The notes under the pieces are model-generated. The model was not told the DNA's origin, did not search any database, and saw nothing but the letters and a program-made list of their open reading frames with translations. The translations under genes and the position numbers were made by a program. From a candidate division FCPU426 bacterium (GTDB lineage: Bacteria; Oederibacteriota; Muellerivitia; Muellerivitales; Muellerivitaceae), in NCBI GenBank assembly GCA_963830915.1, contig CAWHOE010000053.1, positions 100,666 through 164,665 of the forward strand: a stretch of 64,000 nt of DNA. The letters are read 5' to 3'. Shown piece after piece: positions 19,494 to 28,072 of the stretch. The stretch's first letter is position 1, and every line of letters starts with the position of its first letter.

Positions 19494-19991
19494 ATGAAAG
19501 TATTCCTTGTGGTGTTCGTGTTGGCGGTCAGCGGAGTCGTGGGTTGGTATTTTTACTGCGTCAACCCGGCGATGGATGATTTCCAGGCCGCGGCGCTCAG
19601 CGGGAAAGCCGATATCGTGGCTACTTATATGGATGTTCCCACCCTTAAGAAGAACGCTACGGATTTCGTCAAACTTCGTTTCAATAAACCCGACACCCCA
19701 TCGGCGGACCTGGACCCGGAGCAGATCAAGGCCATCGTCGATTCCTTCGTCACACCCCAGAACGTTATCCTGATGATGAAAGGGGTCTACCTGGAACCCG
19801 GGATGACCCCGCCCGAGACCGTGGACGACAAGGCCCCCCACCCCATGGAGAAACATTTCAACGGGCCCGATGTCTACGCCATCGATATTTACAAGACCCC
19901 GGTCATGACCCCGGACAACAGATTGACCCTGGCTTTTCGAAGGGACGGATGGTTCGGCTGGAAACTGGCGGCTTTCGGCTACGCCTGGTAA
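19494..19991 (+). CDS. DUF2939-like membrane-anchored protein
   Basis: N-terminal TM; MDVPTLK, VDSFVTPQN, FRRDGWFGWKL. Confidence 0.6.
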   Translation: MKVFLVVFVLAVSGVVGWYFYCVNPAMDDFQAAALSGKADIVATYMDVPTLKKNATDFVKLRFNKPDTPSADLDPEQIKAIVDSFVTPQNVILMMKGVYLEPGMTPPETVDDKAPHPMEKHFNGPDVYAIDIYKTPVMTPDNRLTLAFRRDGWFGWKLAAFGYAW

Positions 19992-20061
19992 TATTATTTT
20001 TTTAAGAACACTCAAAGAATTTTTAATTGTCAAAACATAATGATTGTTTTCCAGGTAATTT

Positions 20062-20751
20062 ATGAAAGTTAAGGTTTATTCCAATATGCGTCGATTCAGC
20101 CAACTTTTAGTATTCGTCTTTTTGTTTTCCACAAGCTGTTGCTGGCACCAGCCAGTCGAAAAGCTCAATTGGCAAACCTTCAATATAAACGAAGCATCTG
20201 TTTCAATTGACTTACCCTATCCATTAGATGTCAAAATAACCAAAAACGACAACACTGCAAATAAACCCGCAGTAATAATTTTCGGCCATTCGAAGAATCC
20301 GTACGATTATTCATTTTCCAGTTTTTTAAAAGAAGAATTAAAAAAAATTGTGGGATTAAAACTAAAACCTGTTTTTTTTGACTTCAATGCTTTTATACAT
20401 TACGAAAAAGCAGGAAACAAAGGAAGAAAGTATAAGCTAAGTGAAATTGTAAATAGATGGATTAATTCTTTTTATAAAATTTATACTACTGGGAACAAGA
20501 ATATTTTCCTAAAAAAAGAGCCTTTCCAACGCTCGGGTTTATCTGGAGTGATAGTCACTGATAGCTGTGATTGTTACGATGGCAAACGATTCGAATATAC
20601 TCACCATTCCATTTTCATTTATGTTCCAAACGGTAGAGAAATGTGGCAAATATACATCAACTACGCCACAAAAGACGATACCGCCGATTCTGAATTGGCA
20701 CTTTCAGCCGTAAATCGAATTATCAAATCAATAAAAATTGGGTCGAAATAA
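20062..20751 (+). CDS. hypothetical AT-rich exported protein / lipoprotein
   Basis: 229-aa ORF, hydrophobic N-terminus ending STSCC; visibly AT-rich relative to neighbours. Confidence 0.65.
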   Translation: MKVKVYSNMRRFSQLLVFVFLFSTSCCWHQPVEKLNWQTFNINEASVSIDLPYPLDVKITKNDNTANKPAVIIFGHSKNPYDYSFSSFLKEELKKIVGLKLKPVFFDFNAFIHYEKAGNKGRKYKLSEIVNRWINSFYKIYTTGNKNIFLKKEPFQRSGLSGVIVTDSCDCYDGKRFEYTHHSIFIYVPNGREMWQIYINYATKDDTADSELALSAVNRIIKSIKIGSK

Positions 20752-20864
20752 CTTCCACTACATTTTTTAACTAATCTTTGAAACTCAAGTATTCACTAGA
20801 AGTTTCATTATCTTTCATCTTCCCGCCAATTTTTCTGTAGATTGGTACCCCAAGGGGGATTCCT

Positions 20865-22052
20865 GTGAGCGACTTTGACGTGATCGTGCTGGGCGCCGGG
20901 GCCGCGGGGCTGATGTGCGCCTCGGAAGCCACGGGCCGGGGACGCAAGGTCCTGGTCTTGGAAAAAGGCTCCCGCCCCGCTCCCAAGATCCTGGTTTCAG
21001 GCGGGGGGCGTTGTAACTTCACCAACATCCACGCCAAGCCCAAGGATTATGTCACCACCAATCCCGCTTTCGTTCCCTACGCCCTTTCCAAATTCACCCC
21101 AAAGGATTTCCTCGCCCTCGTCAAGGCCAAGGCCATCCCCTATCACGAGAAGAAGGACGGCCAGCTTTTCTGTGACAAAAGCGCCAAGAATATCCTGGAT
21201 ATGATGGTCGAGCGCGCCGAGGAAAAAGGCGCCCAGATCCTGAAGGGCCAAGATACCCAGGAAGTTTCCCAAGCCGAAGGTGTCTTTACGGTCAAGACCC
21301 AGGACGCGACCTATTCGGCTCCCCGCTTGGTCGTGGCCACCGGCGGGCTTTCCTGGCCCCAACTGGGCGCCAGCGACTTGGGATATAAATTGGCCCAACA
21401 ATTCGGGCTGAAAGTCATCGAACCGGCCCCAGCCCTGGTCGGCTTGACCTTTCCAGCCGATATCCTTCCCCGCTTCGAGGGACTGTCCGGCATCCACCTT
21501 CAGGTGGGTGTTTCCTGCGGCAAATGGAACATGGTGGAAGATCTGATGATCACCCATGAGGGTCTAAGCGGCCCCGTTATCCTGAACGCTTCCCTCGTCT
21601 GGCAGCCGGGACAGGAGATCGTGGTGAATTGGCTCCCCGACGGTACGGTGGAAACAACCCTGGAACGGTTGAAGAAGGACAAGGCCAAAGGGGGCCGGGG
21701 TGAATTCCGCGACTGGTTATCCGAACAGATCCCTCGCCGCTTGGCCGACCGACTCGCCTATCACGCGGGCGCGCGAGGTTCCTGGCCCCAGCTTTCGGAA
21801 GAAAACCTCAAGCTACTGGCCGAGCATCTCCACGCTTATCGTTTCATCCCAGCGGATACCTTCGGCTATAAGCGGGCGGAAGTCACCAAGGGCGGGGTGG
21901 ACACGCGCGAACTTTCCCGCGACACCATGGAATGCCGAAAGATCCCTGGACTTTATTTCATCGGCGAGGTCATGGACGTGACAGGCAAACTGGGCGGATA
22001 CAATTTCCAGTGGGCATGGGCCACTGGTTGGACCGCCGGCCAATCGGTTTAA
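20865..22052 (+). CDS. NAD(P)/FAD-dependent oxidoreductase, HI0933/YhiN/BaiN family
   Basis: GAGAAGLM, KILVSGGGRCNFTN, ATGGLS.P.LG, VTKGGV, GEVMDVTGKLGGYNFQWAW. Confidence 0.93.
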   Translation: MSDFDVIVLGAGAAGLMCASEATGRGRKVLVLEKGSRPAPKILVSGGGRCNFTNIHAKPKDYVTTNPAFVPYALSKFTPKDFLALVKAKAIPYHEKKDGQLFCDKSAKNILDMMVERAEEKGAQILKGQDTQEVSQAEGVFTVKTQDATYSAPRLVVATGGLSWPQLGASDLGYKLAQQFGLKVIEPAPALVGLTFPADILPRFEGLSGIHLQVGVSCGKWNMVEDLMITHEGLSGPVILNASLVWQPGQEIVVNWLPDGTVETTLERLKKDKAKGGRGEFRDWLSEQIPRRLADRLAYHAGARGSWPQLSEENLKLLAEHLHAYRFIPADTFGYKRAEVTKGGVDTRELSRDTMECRKIPGLYFIGEVMDVTGKLGGYNFQWAWATGWTAGQSV

Positions 22053-22235
22053 ATCACACTTTCTAACTTTCAAAAGCATAAAAACCTCATATTCCCTTGT
22101 TTTAAATAACATTCTTCGACTTTTTCGTGATTCTCTGGCTATTCCACGGGATTCCTCTATATTGAACGCTTCCTTTCGGGGCTACCAAAGACCGACAGGA
22201 AGCTTCTAAATCGATAAAAGTTGAGGTTTCATACA

Positions 22236-22436
22236 ATGGTTCAAGGTACAGTTAAGTGGTTCAAGAACGAGAAGGGTTTTGGTTTCATTTCCCAGGACGG
22301 TGGTGAGGATGTATTCGTGCACCACTCGGCCATTCAAGGCGAGGGTTACAAATCGCTAAACGAGGGGGACCGCGTTGAATTCGAGGTCACCCAAGGGGAC
22401 AAAGGCCTCAAGGCCGAGAAAGTCGTCAAGATCTAA
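22236..22436 (+). CDS. cold-shock protein (CspA family)
   Basis: [31 protein letters not shown]. Confidence 0.96.
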   Translation: MVQGTVKWFKNEKGFGFISQDGGEDVFVHHSAIQGEGYKSLNEGDRVEFEVTQGDKGLKAEKVVKI

Positions 22437-22455
22437 CGGTCTTTTCGAAAACCCT

Positions 22456-22491
22456 AAAGCCCCGCGGCGCAAGCCGAGGGGCTTTTTTTTT
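22456..22491 (+). terminator. intrinsic terminator after csp
   Basis: AAAGCCCCGCGGC-GCAA-GCCGAGGGGC followed by a 9-T run. Confidence 0.9.
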
Positions 22492-22590
22492 GGCTTGATC
22501 ACCAGCGCCGGATCAGGCGGCCTTCTGCTAAGATGTCCCACATCCTATTCCACACCCAGACCGTTCGATCCAAGAAAGAGGTTACGTCCC

Positions 22591-22980
22591 ATGTCACCAG
22601 AACCGAAATGTCCTTTTTGCAAGCCAGCCGCCGCCGATATCCTGCTCCAGAACAGCATGGCCTATGTCCGGGAGGATAAGCACCCCGTCACCGAGGGTCA
22701 CCTGCTCATCATCCCCATGCGCCACTTCGCCAGTTATTTCGAGACCACCATCGAGGAAAAAGGAAAGCTCTGGTCCCTGGTGGAGCACGCCAAAAAACTC
22801 CTGGATAATAAATATAAGATCGACGGGTTCAACATCGGCATCAACGACGGCGCCGCCGCCGGCCAAACCATCAACCACCTGCATATCCATTTGATCCCCC
22901 GCCGTAAAGGGGACGTGGAGAACCCCAGGGGCGGAGTGCGCCATGTCATCCCGGGCAAGGGCGATTACGAAAAGTCTTGA
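22591..22980 (+). CDS. HIT family hydrolase
   Basis: CPFC, GFNIGINDGAAAGQTINHLHIHLIPR. Confidence 0.93.
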   Translation: MSPEPKCPFCKPAAADILLQNSMAYVREDKHPVTEGHLLIIPMRHFASYFETTIEEKGKLWSLVEHAKKLLDNKYKIDGFNIGINDGAAAGQTINHLHIHLIPRRKGDVENPRGGVRHVIPGKGDYEKS

Positions 22981-23176
22981 TCCTCATTATTAATTAAAGG
23001 TCATCAAGAATCGGGTCTGATTTTTTCCTTCCGAGCGGACGGTTCCCCGTTTAACTTAAGCGTTATTTTTTCCGATAATTTTCAGCGGGGCTCTGTTCTT
23101 TTCGGCCCTTCTCCTATACTTTCCGCGTCTGGCGCCCTGTAACTTTCGACCAGGCGATCCCAATATAGGAGCGTTC

Positions 23177-24202
23177 ATGTACCTCTCGAAACTTCCCCAT
23201 TCCGCTGTACTGGTAATTTTGTTCGCATTAACTTCCCTGCCTATCGCTTGTGGGAACAACAACTCCCCCTCCGCTCCAGCGCCCGTCACGGTCATCGTCA
23301 ATCCCACCCCGGTCATGGGGTCCGGCACCGGCCAGAATTGGTACGAAACTTCGACAGCCGCCCCATGGTCGGCCCGTCAGGGAACCCTCAGCTTGACCTT
23401 TAATAACTATATGTGGGTGATCAGCGGTTGGGCCAACGCCGGGGTCACCAATGACGCCTGGTATTCCTCCAACGGAGTCACCTGGACCCAGGCTCCCCAG
23501 ACCTCACCCTACACAGCCAGGGCCTTTTTCTCCGGAGCGGTCTTCAATAACGCCATGTGGATCATGGGTGGAAGCTTGCCCGCCATCAATAACGATGTTT
23601 GGCATTCCGCCGACGGCTCGAATTGGACCCAGGCGGTCGCAAGCGGGTCGGCCACCTTTTCCCCCCGAGGAAACCAGACCACCGTGGCATACAACGGGAA
23701 ACTTTGGGTGATCGGGGGCTACACCACGATGCCTCTCACGGATGTCTATTCCTCCACCGATGGGGCCAATTGGACCCAGGTCACGGCCGCCGCTGATTTT
23801 CCGGCCAGATATGAACATAGCTCATTGGTGTTCAATAACGCCATGTGGGTCATCGGCGGGATCGGGATCAGCTCCGGCTTGAACGACGTCTGGAAATCCA
23901 CCGACGGGGCCCATTGGACCGAGGTCACGGCTTCCGCCGAATTCTCTCCCCGCTTCGGTCATCAAACCCTGGTCTATGACGGAGCCATGTGGGTCATCGG
24001 GGGTGTGGGATCCGCGGTCTTCAATGATGCCTGGTATTCCTATGATGGGAACATCTGGACCCAAGCCACCACTTCCACCGGGGTTGACTTTACGGCCCGT
24101 AAGTTTTTTGCCGCCACGGTCTATAACAACCACATGTGGGTCCTGGGTGGGTACATCCAATTACCGCCCACTTTCTACAACGATGTCTGGTATTCGCCCT
24201 GA
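23177..24202 (+). CDS. Kelch-like beta-propeller lipoprotein
   Basis: Lipobox PIAC; six repeats of R....vFNNxMWVIGG...NDVWxSxDGxxW. Confidence 0.85.
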   Translation: MYLSKLPHSAVLVILFALTSLPIACGNNNSPSAPAPVTVIVNPTPVMGSGTGQNWYETSTAAPWSARQGTLSLTFNNYMWVISGWANAGVTNDAWYSSNGVTWTQAPQTSPYTARAFFSGAVFNNAMWIMGGSLPAINNDVWHSADGSNWTQAVASGSATFSPRGNQTTVAYNGKLWVIGGYTTMPLTDVYSSTDGANWTQVTAAADFPARYEHSSLVFNNAMWVIGGIGISSGLNDVWKSTDGAHWTEVTASAEFSPRFGHQTLVYDGAMWVIGGVGSAVFNDAWYSYDGNIWTQATTSTGVDFTARKFFAATVYNNHMWVLGGYIQLPPTFYNDVWYSP

Positions 24203-24204
24203 CT

Positions 24205-24807
24205 TCAGGATGGATCTGCGGGAGGATTGACTGTTCCTACCAACAATTGCTCGACTTCCTTATCCTTCAAGAACCGCCATTGGCCCGGCTCCAGATCCAG
24301 GGCAATGGGGCCGAAATGGGTTCGTTTGAGGTCCAGTACCTTCAATGGCTTTTGGCGCTCTTTGTCCCGTAAGGCGGCGAAGAGCCTCCGCACCTGCCGG
24401 TTTTTCCCCTCGTCCAGCACGACCCTGGCATAGGACCGGTTGCCGTCCTCCCCAAGTATCTCGATGGCCTTGGCCTTGAGGACCCCGATGGGCGTCAGAA
24501 CCCCTTCCCTGATCTTTTCCAGATGTTCCGGTTCCACCGGCCCCCTCACCCAGACTTCATAAACCTTCTCCAAACTGCCGGGTTTTTGCAGTTTGAATAC
24601 CAGGCGGCCCTCCTTCACGAAAAGGATCAGGCCACTGGTGGCCTTATCCAGACGCCCGACCGGGACCCAGCCTTCACTGTGGAATTCCGGCGGCAGGAGT
24701 TCATAGACCGTTTTCTGACCCTGATAGGCCTGCTGGCCTGCCACTTTAGGCCTGGTTACTTCAAATCCTATGGGTTTATGAAGAGCGATGATCCGGTTGG
24801 AAAACAT
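24205..24807 (-). CDS. pseudouridine synthase (RsuA/RluE-like)
   Basis: HKPIG, PVGRLDKATSGL, EGKNRQVRR. Confidence 0.9.
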   Translation of the reverse strand: MFSNRIIALHKPIGFEVTRPKVAGQQAYQGQKTVYELLPPEFHSEGWVPVGRLDKATSGLILFVKEGRLVFKLQKPGSLEKVYEVWVRGPVEPEHLEKIREGVLTPIGVLKAKAIEILGEDGNRSYARVVLDEGKNRQVRRLFAALRDKERQKPLKVLDLKRTHFGPIALDLEPGQWRFLKDKEVEQLLVGTVNPPADPS

Positions 24808-24905
24808 GGTTCCATTCTTACAGTTCGATGAGCGACACTTTTTGCCCTTCCCACACGCCAATACTATGATTGGGAAGTCGATTTAGCTTATACTGGATTT
24901 TCAAC

Positions 24906-26249
24906 ATGAAACAGACAACCCTGATACTTTTTATCCTTTTTCTTTGTCAAAGCCCATTGGCTTTGGCCCAGGGGAGGCGTGGGTCCGATAATAATAAACC
25001 CGTACCTACCCAGCCTCCCGCCTTTCAGGCTCCTGGAGCCTCCCAAGTCGTGGAAACCCCCACACCCGAACCTCAATCCGCCATTGTTCCACCTGGCAGG
25101 GTAAATCCGACTCCTGTACCACCTCCAGCTCGTATCATCCTGAACCGCCCTTCCAGGGTGAACCAGTACCAATCCCTCCCGGTCTTCCAACCAAGCCAAG
25201 CGGATCAGTCGAATTACATTAATAATGACAGCACCGAACCCCATTACTGGAACGGACCCGCCCTTCCTGAGCCGGTCATCTCTCAGGCTCCTCCACTCGC
25301 TTCTTACGACGCTTCCTCCATCCCCAATAGCGCGGCCCCTACCCCGACCGTGGCCGTATCGGATCAAACCGCCTCGACCACGAGCAATGTAGTCCATCAC
25401 CATCACCCCTTCACCCCAGGCTATGTCCGCAAGAGGCTCCAAAAGCTGGGAGTCACCAGTCTGCCAAACTACATCACGGATCGGATACGCATCCTGGATA
25501 CCAACAAGTTGCAATCCAGTGTCCCTTCCCCTCGCTTGGGCCCGGACAAGAAACCCCTGACCGCTTCCCTTGTACCCGAATACCGCTACAGCGATCCCAT
25601 CGTAAAGGACCAATTGGCCATCCTCCACAACCGCGCTTTCGCCGTGAAGGCGGATAAAGCCAATAAGATCGAAAAGATTAAGAACCATTTTTACTGGCAC
25701 AAGGAGAAAGGCTTCAACTACTGCCATTACATCGACCCCCAAGGGTTCCACTGGTACGGCTGGTACGTGAAGGACAACTGCTTCTGGACCTGTTATTTCG
25801 GAGGCCATTGGTGGTTCTTCGATACCGACCATTCCCGCTGGTGCTTCTACGAGAACGGCTGGTGGTGGCAGGACCCTTACCACGTGGGAGACCTTTATTA
25901 CTTCAACAACGGAGAATATATACCCTGTGATTCCGCCAAGGACGCGGTGGTCATGACCGTCCAGACCAATAACCAGAAGGTGGTGACCAGCCCGGATGGG
26001 TCCCGTACTGTGAGGATCATCGGGGACGGCCGGGACGCCTTCCTTTATGACAATTCCGCCTCGCCCTCTTTCAGCCCGCTTTATTTGGCTTCCAAGGTAA
26101 CCGCCGTGAAATTCTCCAATACTGATAACGGCCAGCCCCTTCGGATCATGCTGACGATGGACAACGGCGCTTCCGATCTGTACGACAGCGAGGGAACACC
26201 CCTGGATAATTTCGTGGCAAACGCCCAACCGGCCGAAACCGCCAAATAA
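24906..26249 (+). CDS. secreted hypothetical protein, Pro-rich N-region and Trp/Tyr-rich C-domain
   Basis: Signal peptide MKQTT...ALA; HWYGWY..NCFWTCYFGGHWWFF..RWCFYENGWWWQDP. Confidence 0.7.
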   Translation: MKQTTLILFILFLCQSPLALAQGRRGSDNNKPVPTQPPAFQAPGASQVVETPTPEPQSAIVPPGRVNPTPVPPPARIILNRPSRVNQYQSLPVFQPSQADQSNYINNDSTEPHYWNGPALPEPVISQAPPLASYDASSIPNSAAPTPTVAVSDQTASTTSNVVHHHHPFTPGYVRKRLQKLGVTSLPNYITDRIRILDTNKLQSSVPSPRLGPDKKPLTASLVPEYRYSDPIVKDQLAILHNRAFAVKADKANKIEKIKNHFYWHKEKGFNYCHYIDPQGFHWYGWYVKDNCFWTCYFGGHWWFFDTDHSRWCFYENGWWWQDPYHVGDLYYFNNGEYIPCDSAKDAVVMTVQTNNQKVVTSPDGSRTVRIIGDGRDAFLYDNSASPSFSPLYLASKVTAVKFSNTDNGQPLRIMLTMDNGASDLYDSEGTPLDNFVANAQPAETAK

Positions 26250-26252
26250 TTC

Positions 26253-27572
26253 ATGGGCAAACGCTCCAAGTTCATAATTCCCCTTTTACTTCTACTGGGC
26301 CTGCGCCTGGCTTTCGGCCTTTGGGCCCCTCCCGTCCAGCCGGTCACCGATGAGATCCAGACATTCCTATTGGGCCTGAAGTTCTATACGACAGGCGCCT
26401 GGCCCTATTACGGCAATGATGTCATCACCCCCCCGGATAACCTGGTGCTCCAAACCCAGGACCCTGGCCCTCTGGAAGGCCTGCTGGTGGGTGGTCCGAT
26501 GGTTCTTTGGCACTCACCGATGGCTTCTTTCTTATTCCTCAACCTGTTCACCCTGACTGGCTTCACATTCCTGGCCTGGTATTCCCACAAACGACTTCCC
26601 CGCTTTTCTCTCTGGTTCATCCTCGCCTGGGCCCTGACCGCGCCCTGGTCCATCCACTATTCCACTGGCATGATCAATATGTCCTACACCATCGGGTTGG
26701 CCTGTTTCTTTTTCCCCGCCTTACTGGAATCCATCCCATCCTTGAATGTGGGTTGCTTCTCCCGTCCCTGGGCCAATGCCTTGATGGGATTGACCCTGGC
26801 CGGATGGATGCAGTTGCACCGGACCTTCGTTCTGGTCCTGCCCATGGTCCTGGTATCGTTTTATTTTCAATGGAAAGAAACCCGCAAGGCCGATGGGCCC
26901 TTATATTTCCTGGCGGGAGGACTGCCCCTCTGGGCTTTGGTCGTTCCAACCCTCTTGAGGTCCGACTACCATTTATTCAGGGATGTGGCTGGTTTTTCGG
27001 CTGGTTTTAATTTCCAGCATGCTCGGTCCTTCTTTACGATTCTCGTTCAATTCTTCGCCTTGGGAAGTTTCGAGATGCCCCGCTTCATCGGCATGCACAC
27101 GGCGGAAAGGGCCCAGTACTTAGCGAGCGATCTTTTCCTGATGCCGGGATTCTTCCTCTGGTACTTCGGATTCCTACAGGTGCTAATTTTGGTTGGTTAT
27201 CTATTCGTCTCCAAAGACTCCCGGGCCGATTGGCGGCCTGTTCGGCTTTTGACCATCCTGGCCTTCTTGACGGTATTCGGCACCCTGCTTTTTACCGTGA
27301 AGAATCCGGACGTTAACACCTTCTGTGAGATGCTCCCGTTGGTCCTGCTTTATTCGTTCTATGTTTGGGATAAATGGTGGGCGAACCGATGGGGGCGAAG
27401 GACGTTATGGTTATTCCTGGCCTGCGTGCTGGTCTTCCAAACGGCTTTTATTTTCAGCCAAAAGCCGCTGAATAAATCTTTCTATTTAATGGACCAGGCC
27501 GCCATGACACGGGCGGTGGACGCCAAGAACTATCACTTATTGGGGGAACGCCGTCCCGGCGCCCTTTACTGA
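26253..27572 (+). CDS. polytopic membrane protein, GT-C/PMT-like glycosyltransferase
   Basis: DE motif after TM1 (VTDEIQT), PGPL; ~10 TM segments. Confidence 0.6.
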   Translation: MGKRSKFIIPLLLLLGLRLAFGLWAPPVQPVTDEIQTFLLGLKFYTTGAWPYYGNDVITPPDNLVLQTQDPGPLEGLLVGGPMVLWHSPMASFLFLNLFTLTGFTFLAWYSHKRLPRFSLWFILAWALTAPWSIHYSTGMINMSYTIGLACFFFPALLESIPSLNVGCFSRPWANALMGLTLAGWMQLHRTFVLVLPMVLVSFYFQWKETRKADGPLYFLAGGLPLWALVVPTLLRSDYHLFRDVAGFSAGFNFQHARSFFTILVQFFALGSFEMPRFIGMHTAERAQYLASDLFLMPGFFLWYFGFLQVLILVGYLFVSKDSRADWRPVRLLTILAFLTVFGTLLFTVKNPDVNTFCEMLPLVLLYSFYVWDKWWANRWGRRTLWLFLACVLVFQTAFIFSQKPLNKSFYLMDQAAMTRAVDAKNYHLLGERRPGALY

Positions 27573-27583
27573 AAATCAAATTG

Positions 27584-28045
27584 AACCACATGCCGCTTAT
27601 CAATAAACCTAATAAGAATGCGGTATAGTCCCGATTTCTTTGGCCCTTTGGGCCAAAGGGGACAGAGTCACACGGAGTCACTCAGAGTTAAAAACAGATT
27701 GAAACAGTGTTTGAAAATCATTCAATTTAACTTTGTTGCCTGTTTCCCGAATTTGCAGATAGTGGCCCGGAATCACCATGAGGCGGCTAAGCGTGACCAA
27801 TAACGCTCGTAAGGCGAACCGCTTTTCTCCCCCTCTGAAAGAGGGGGTAGGGGGAAGTTAGTTTTTTTCGTGGTTTTTCAGTGGATAAATTTTTCCTGAA
27901 GACACATTTCAAAAAGGCTAATACCCCCCCTCGCCCCCCTTTTTCAAAGGGGGGGTGTGTCATCTTTCTTGGCGATAGGGTTTATTTGCAAATTCGTGAA
28001 AGAGCCACTTTGTTTACTTTGTGCAACTCTGCGTACTCTGTGGTT
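27584..28045. repeat. nested palindromic repeat cluster (four layers)
   Basis: Outer AACCAC[..]AGAGT / ACTCTGTGGTT; middle 19-bp IR 27743-27761 / 27983-28001; inner CCCCCTCTGAAAGAGGGGG doublet 27829-27955; double-hairpin insert 27590-27663. Confidence 0.85.
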
Positions 28046-28072
28046 AAAGCCTTTGCCTTTGTGTTAATGCCA

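Noticed and set aside
18585..20033. 482-aa fusion ORF in the track
   Set aside because: The N-terminal half is the antisense of the 19494-19991 gene; similarity to the adjacent paralog begins only after 19361
24888..26228. Long antisense ORFs (also 2395-3408, 28430-29251, 31851-32720, 46571-47386)
   Set aside because: Shadow frames opposite well-supported genes in GC3-biased DNA; no motifs
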